From positions 1 to 54,757 of the forward strand of contig JAFCFJ010000004.1 of the NCBI GenBank assembly GCA_017608705.1: 54,757 bases of DNA. Reading direction: 5' to 3'. Positions 49,581 to 54,757 of this stretch are shown here, piece after piece. The translations under genes and the position numbers were made by a program. The notes beneath the pieces were generated by a model that was given only the letters and a program-made list of their open reading frames with translations, was not told where the DNA came from and made no database searches. The DNA comes from Candidatus Pacearchaeota archaeon (GTDB lineage: Archaea > Nanobdellota > Nanobdellia > Pacearchaeales > GW2011-AR1). The stretch's first letter is position 1. Each line of letters starts with the position of its first letter.

Positions 49581-51413
49581 ATGGCAAATTATGAATTTTT
49601 CTATGAGGGTGCACCTTACAGTTTGGAACCTACCTATGGCGAATTTTTCACAGGCTATAGACTTGCGCCATATAGAGTCGGAGCACCCACAAGTATCCAG
49701 ACAGCAAACCAAATACAAGAGGTAAGCAAATTACTTAACCAGGGTATACGCACAATAGAGTTACAGCCTCTTGGCCGTGATGTTTTCGATACAATTCCGA
49801 AACAGCACCTTAAGGAAATACAAAGGCTTAGCAAGCTTACAGGTGTTGAACCAACATTTCACGCACCCATTATTGATCCTGCTGGCTTTACACAAGAAGG
49901 CTGGTCTGAGACCAATCGCGAGCTTGCAGAGAAGCAATTCAAAGATATTGTTGAGCGTGCTGCAGAAATAAGTCCGAACGGTAATATGCCGATCACAATT
50001 CATGCATCAGCCTTGCCGGGAACAGCATATTGGGAAGTCAAAGAAGAGAATGGCAAAAAAGTGCTGAAACCAAAACAAATTGTTGCTGTTGATCAGGAAA
50101 CAGGGAGGATGATTCCTCTTGAGGAAAGAAAATTTTATGAACCAAGTACGGAGGAAGAAGAGGTACATACCGCTATAGAGAGGATGCAGAATTTGAATCT
50201 CATGCATTGGGAACAAGAACTTTCAAATCTTGCTTATTACAGAAGCAGAGCAGAGGAAAATTTTGAGAAAAGTCTTAACATATTAGGAAACAAAATAAAA
50301 GAAGATGGTTCTCTTGCTGTACCTGTGAGTGAGCTTTCCCCAGTAGAGCGCAGGGCTTATGAAAGATTGATGAATAGTATGATAATGCTCGAAAATGCAA
50401 GACTTCATTATAAATCTCTCTATGATGAGATGCGTCGTTGCATAGATAAAGAGAAGCTCGAGAGATTGCCTTCAGAATTAAAAGAAGAAATTAAGAAAAA
50501 TTTTGATCTTATAAAGAGAGAATGGCAACATTTGAGAAAAGATATGCTTGAAGTAGAAAAAAAGCCTGTCAAGGCCGTTGAGATTTCAGAAAGGCTAGGA
50601 AACCTTATGCAGGCGACAAATCAGATCACTACGATTCTTAGCACTAAAGGGGTATTGCAAAAATTTGTGCCTGTCGAAGAATTTGCAAAAGATAAAGCGG
50701 CCACGACAATAGCTAATGTTGCTTTACATGCTTATGAAAAATTTAAAGATAAAGCACCAATCATATCGATAGAAAACCTGTATCCTGGCATGGCCTTTTC
50801 TCGCGCCCAAGATGTCAAAGAATTGGTAGAGAATGCAAGAAAGAAATTTATTGCCGAGGCTGAGAAAAGAGGAATAGACAGGCGTAAAGCTGAAGAAATG
50901 GCGAAGAAGATGATAGGCGTAACCTGGGATGTTGGCCATCTTAATATGATGCGTCGCGCTGGCTTGTCAGAGCGGGATATTATAGAGCAGACTAAGGTCA
51001 TTGCACCTTACGTGAAACATGTACACCTCACAGATAATTTTGGCTACTCTGACACACATTTACCACCGGGAATGGGGAATGTACCTACCAAGGAAATTCT
51101 TGAGGAGCTTGAGAAGCAAGGTTTTACTGGCAAGACGGTTGTTGAGGCTGGCGGCTTTGTCCAACATTTTCAGCGCAGTCCACATCCTTATGTGCTTGAA
51201 GCTCTTGGCTCACCGGTATATGGTATGATGATGGCTCCCTATTGGAACCAAATTGCTAATGCTTACCCTGGATATTTTTTCGGCATGGGCCCAATTTTGC
51301 CAGAATATCATTTTTCCACTCTTTACGGCAGCGGTTTTGCAAGCTTGCCTATAGAACTCGGTGGACAAATGCCTGGCACAAGGTCGCGTGTTACAGGGAC
51401 GCCGATGCAGTAG
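49581..51413 (+). CDS. Endonuclease IV/xylose-isomerase-like TIM-barrel metalloprotein with large insertion
   Basis: TFHAP, ITIH, ISIEN, TWDVGH, HVHLTDN, DTHLPPG.G, VVEAG metal ligands; GAGGTGG RBS. Confidence 0.82.
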   Translation: MANYEFFYEGAPYSLEPTYGEFFTGYRLAPYRVGAPTSIQTANQIQEVSKLLNQGIRTIELQPLGRDVFDTIPKQHLKEIQRLSKLTGVEPTFHAPIIDPAGFTQEGWSETNRELAEKQFKDIVERAAEISPNGNMPITIHASALPGTAYWEVKEENGKKVLKPKQIVAVDQETGRMIPLEERKFYEPSTEEEEVHTAIERMQNLNLMHWEQELSNLAYYRSRAEENFEKSLNILGNKIKEDGSLAVPVSELSPVERRAYERLMNSMIMLENARLHYKSLYDEMRRCIDKEKLERLPSELKEEIKKNFDLIKREWQHLRKDMLEVEKKPVKAVEISERLGNLMQATNQITTILSTKGVLQKFVPVEEFAKDKAATTIANVALHAYEKFKDKAPIISIENLYPGMAFSRAQDVKELVENARKKFIAEAEKRGIDRRKAEEMAKKMIGVTWDVGHLNMMRRAGLSERDIIEQTKVIAPYVKHVHLTDNFGYSDTHLPPGMGNVPTKEILEELEKQGFTGKTVVEAGGFVQHFQRSPHPYVLEALGSPVYGMMMAPYWNQIANAYPGYFFGMGPILPEYHFSTLYGSGFASLPIELGGQMPGTRSRVTGTPMQ

Positions 51414-51471
51414 CGAAAGGGAAAAATATTAAAAAGTGTTAGATTATGGTAAATGATGAAAAGAGGTGAAA

Positions 51472-52311
51472 ATGCCTAGACAAGAAAAAAAGAAAAAACA
51501 GAGCAAGAAACTTTCTCCTGAAAAATTTCCAACTCTCAAGCTAAAAACAGATAAAGACATAGCTATGGATTTTGCTACTAAAGTATATGAGAAGTTTAAC
51601 AAGCTTATAAAAAGCATCGTGCTTTTTGGCAGCACAGCAAAGAACACGGCTATTGCCACATCAGATATAGACATCATAATCATTGTTGATGATGCCTCTG
51701 TGAGATGGGATGCTGAGCTTATAGCATGGTATCGTGAGGAACTTGGTAAGGTCATAGCTGCAAATCCTTACAGGAAAGAGTTGCATGTGAATAGCGTGAG
51801 GCTAACAACATGGTGGCGAGACCTACTTCGTGGCGATCCTGTTGTTATCAATGTGATACGCTACGGTGAACCGCTTATAGATTTTGGTGGTTTCTTCATG
51901 CCGCTCAAGGTCTTGCTTCAGGAAGGGAAAATTCGTGCCACGCCGGAAGCGATCTATACATGTTTGCAAAGAACTACAATGCACATGGCGAGAAGCAAGG
52001 CTTCACAGCTCGGAAGTATAGAGGGAATTTATTGGGCGATGGTTGATGCTTCTCATGCAGCATTGATGGCAGCCAAACAATTACCGCCCTCACCAGAACA
52101 AATAGGGTTGATGCTGAAAGAAAACTTTGCTGACAAACGCATGTTGTCCATGAAGTATGTTATTTGGTACCGCGATATCTATGATCTGCATAGAAAAATA
52201 GTTCATGGAATTGTTACTGAATTACCCGGGGACGAAATAGATAGATGGCGTGCTAGAGCTGATGAATTTATCCGTGTTATGGCTCAGCTTGTCAAGAAAT
52301 TAGTGGAATAA
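51472..52311 (+). CDS. Minimal nucleotidyltransferase (MNT) fused to a HEPN-like domain
   Basis: LFGS-x10-DID; C-terminal helical domain IYWAMVDASHAAL..LHRKIVHG; GAGGTGA RBS before ATG 51472. Confidence 0.82.
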   Translation: MPRQEKKKKQSKKLSPEKFPTLKLKTDKDIAMDFATKVYEKFNKLIKSIVLFGSTAKNTAIATSDIDIIIIVDDASVRWDAELIAWYREELGKVIAANPYRKELHVNSVRLTTWWRDLLRGDPVVINVIRYGEPLIDFGGFFMPLKVLLQEGKIRATPEAIYTCLQRTTMHMARSKASQLGSIEGIYWAMVDASHAALMAAKQLPPSPEQIGLMLKENFADKRMLSMKYVIWYRDIYDLHRKIVHGIVTELPGDEIDRWRARADEFIRVMAQLVKKLVE

Positions 52312-52322
52312 TTGAGCCGGCC

Positions 52323-52973
52323 TTATTCTATGTACCCCAGCGCCATAGCCCCAAGTTCGAAATATACACCTTCTCTCTCTTTTTCATCCAGTTCCTTAAC
52401 CATATCTTTGATCTCGGCAATTAGTGCTTTCTTATCATATTCTCTTATTTTTTCCTCTATTTCTTTTTGTTTTGTTTCGATTTCTCTTCTGATTCCATAC
52501 TCAAGGTCCTGTGGACTTGTTAGCAAGATATATTCCCTGATATTCCTCACAATCTCATTTTTTGTGTTATCAACAAATTTTTTGAAATCTTTCTTTTCGT
52601 ATATTTCTCTTAATTCTCTGAATTCTTTATCCGTATTTACATATAACCTCATGTAGGTCTCTTTTAGTTTTTCCTCATCTATTTTGTTCAGCAGCTGTTC
52701 AAAGTTGGCTTCTACCTCCTTTCCAATTTCTTTTTTCTTCTCTTCACTATATTTTGTTAGTTCTTCTATTCCCTTGCCTATTTTATATGGATTTGGATTT
52801 ACTACAAGCTCTGGCATTGATACTTCAAAGATTTCTTCTATCAGGCTGTGGATCGCAAAAGGTATATTCGGATTATATGGGTCTTGCTTGATTTCGTTAA
52901 CTGTGCCATCTATTTTTATTACTTCCTCATACCTTTCTTTCAGCCTTTCCTCGAGAGAATCTTGTTTTACCAT
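52323..52973 (-). CDS. Hypothetical charged helical protein
   Basis: 216-aa E/K-rich ORF with upstream TATA. Confidence 0.7.
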   Translation of the reverse strand: MVKQDSLEERLKERYEEVIKIDGTVNEIKQDPYNPNIPFAIHSLIEEIFEVSMPELVVNPNPYKIGKGIEELTKYSEEKKKEIGKEVEANFEQLLNKIDEEKLKETYMRLYVNTDKEFRELREIYEKKDFKKFVDNTKNEIVRNIREYILLTSPQDLEYGIRREIETKQKEIEEKIREYDKKALIAEIKDMVKELDEKEREGVYFELGAMALGYIE

Positions 52974-53051
52974 TTGTTACTCTCTTATAGTGATTATACT
53001 TTATAAATCTATCGATTACTTATTTTATGAGAGCTAGACAAGGTGAAAAAT

Positions 53052-54757
53052 TTACTCAAAGATATTCTCGATTTTCCTTTCCTCTTGTGATGTTTCTTCT
53101 TTTTTATTGCCACCTGCACCTGCCTGCTCCTCGAACACATTAACACCAAAACTCACATCCTGCCATTCTTCTGCTCTTTCCGTCTTTTCTCCTTCTTGCT
53201 CGCCTGGGCTGTCCTTCTCTTCATCTTTCCTTTCTTTTTCATATACCTTTTCCTCACGCGCCTCCTCTTCTCTTGCTTCTTCCATAACTTGCTCCTCAAC
53301 TATCTCGCCAACATGCTCGAGCTCATCTATCACTTCTGGCTTCACATAATCAACTTCCACCTCTGTTTCTTGCTCCTTTGCTTTTTCCTGCTCCTCGATT
53401 TCTTCCCTAACCTCCTTCTTTATCTCTTCAGCTTTTTCTTCTATAGCCTCAAGGCTATTCATTGGTTCTATGCTGCTCTCCACGTGTTGTTGTTTTGGTA
53501 ACATGCTATCTTTCAAACCTTTCTCTTCAAGCTCACGAACAAATTTGCTTATCTCATGAGCAGCATCAGCATTAACGCTCAGACTATCTATGCCGGCCTT
53601 CACGAGGAACTCTGCCATCTCCTTGCGTGAAGCAGCCTGACCACATATGCTTGTCTCTACTCCGTGGCTTTTGCATACAGCTATGACATGCAACATCTCG
53701 CTAAGTATTGCAGGGTGCATTTCATCATACAAATACTGCACTGCTTCATTGCCCCTGTCGATCGCAAGCGTGTATTGTGTTAGGTCATTAGTGCCAAAGC
53801 TTATGAATGCTATACCTTCCTTGCAAAGCTCATCAATAATCTGGACAGAGGCAGGTGTCTCAACCATAACACCAAGTTTTGCATTTGTAAATCCTATCTC
53901 CTGAAGTATGTTCTTGACCTTACGCACTTCATCAACACTTATTACCTGTGGCAAAAGCACGCCGATTGTTTTGCCCTCATCAGCCACGCGTTTCATAGCG
54001 CGAAGTTCGGCTTTCAGCAGTTCAGGATGTTTAAGGCTAAACCTAATGCCATGCAAGCCGAGCATAGGGTTTGCCTCGATTTCTTGTGGCGCGCCTTCGA
54101 GATGGCTATACTCGTCACTTCTTATGTCGCTGGTGCGAACCCATATCTCTTCGAAATAGCGCGCGATCTTGCTTAGGCCTTCATACAGCAAGTTTTCATA
54201 CTCGCTATAGCGCTTTTGCTTTTCAAACCACAAAGGATGCTTACCACCCTCAGCGATAATACCTTCAAGCCTTGTCAAGCCGACTTCTGTTGCTTGCGTT
54301 CTGCTCGCACGCTCAGCAAAACTGGGCAAGTCTACAATCACTTTTATCTTGGTTTGTGTCGGAACTATCGGCAAGATTTCTTTCTCTACAGCTTTAGTCT
54401 TGCCTTCATAAACCTTGCCATGAAAACCATCTACTGTCACGGTCATGCCATCATGCAAGACCTCTGTAGCGTTGCCTGTACCAACCACACAAGGAATTCC
54501 CATTTCACGCGAGACAATTGCTGCATGTGCTGTCATGCCTCCTTCATCTGTCACAATAGCTGCAGCTCTTTGCATGGCAACAACCATGTCCGGATTTGTC
54601 ATCTCTGTTACAAGCACGTCTCCTTCCTGTATTTTAGCTAAATCCTCTATGCTATGCACGACCTTGACTGTGCCAGAAGCTATGCCAGGCGACGCGCCCA
54701 AGCCTGTAAGCAAGAGCTTGCCCTTTATCTCTTGCCTAGCCTCGTGCTTCTCTTTCT
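53052..54757 (-). CDS. ppsA: PEP synthase/pyruvate,water dikinase (3' part; runs off the window end) with acidic C-terminal tail
   Basis: VTDEGGMTAHAAIVSRE phospho-His motif, EANPMLGLHGIR, GVMVETP, SFGTNDLTQY, SICGQA; frame open to the window end. Confidence 0.93.
   Translation of the reverse strand, partial: KEKHEARQEIKGKLLLTGLGASPGIASGTVKVVHSIEDLAKIQEGDVLVTEMTNPDMVVAMQRAAAIVTDEGGMTAHAAIVSREMGIPCVVGTGNATEVLHDGMTVTVDGFHGKVYEGKTKAVEKEILPIVPTQTKIKVIVDLPSFAERASRTQATEVGLTRLEGIIAEGGKHPLWFEKQKRYSEYENLLYEGLSKIARYFEEIWVRTSDIRSDEYSHLEGAPQEIEANPMLGLHGIRFSLKHPELLKAELRAMKRVADEGKTIGVLLPQVISVDEVRKVKNILQEIGFTNAKLGVMVETPASVQIIDELCKEGIAFISFGTNDLTQYTLAIDRGNEAVQYLYDEMHPAILSEMLHVIAVCKSHGVETSICGQAASRKEMAEFLVKAGIDSLSVNADAAHEISKFVRELEEKGLKDSMLPKQQHVESSIEPMNSLEAIEEKAEEIKKEVREEIEEQEKAKEQETEVEVDYVKPEVIDELEHVGEIVEEQVMEEAREEEAREEKVYEKERKDEEKDSPGEQEGEKTERAEEWQDVSFGVNVFEEQAGAGGNKKEETSQEERKIENIFE

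Noticed and set aside
1-54757. Alternative genetic code or stop-codon readthrough
   Set aside because: Conserved genes are full length under code 11 and end in TAA, TAG or TGA; the breaks are frameshifts, not in-frame stops

Overview
Gene-dense archaeal chromosome segment, most consistent with a DPANN (Pacearchaeota/Woesearchaeota-like) genome. This is inferred from the archaeal RNAP, EF and aaRS types, the fused RpoA'/A'', class III signal-peptide pilins and TATA-type promoters. 1-12.3 kb (minus): rpoH-rpoB-rpoA(fused)-nusA-rps12-rps7-EF2-[methyltransferase]-EF1a. Next come tRNA-Lys(UUU) and an nrdR-nrdD-trxA operon, with two NrdR boxes 32 bp apart and a thioredoxin-fold domain fused to NrdD. 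The middle holds tmk, hsp20, tyrS, a solo Cas4/RecB-like nuclease, an HTH-iscS-DUF1858-iscU-hyp-ttuA operon with a palindromic operator, ferredoxin, htpX, pyrG, a second PP-loop thiolase followed by an apparently inactive TtuA paralogue, a membrane protein with a degenerate nucleotidyl-cyclase domain, trpS, a SleB-type peptidoglycan hydrolase, thrS and elp3 divergent from a Trm9-like methyltransferase. Three pilin-type genes occur, two fused to AT-rich beta-helix modules. The right end has gltX, an unexplained co-oriented cluster (helical protein, acidic protein, EndoIV-like TIM barrel with a large insertion, MNT-HEPN fusion) and a partial PEP synthase. Four genes, including essential EF-2, have short internal deletions with frameshifts that are probably assembly artefacts. 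No CRISPR array, rRNA, transposase, integrase or intein was seen. All calls come from motif recognition, not database searches.
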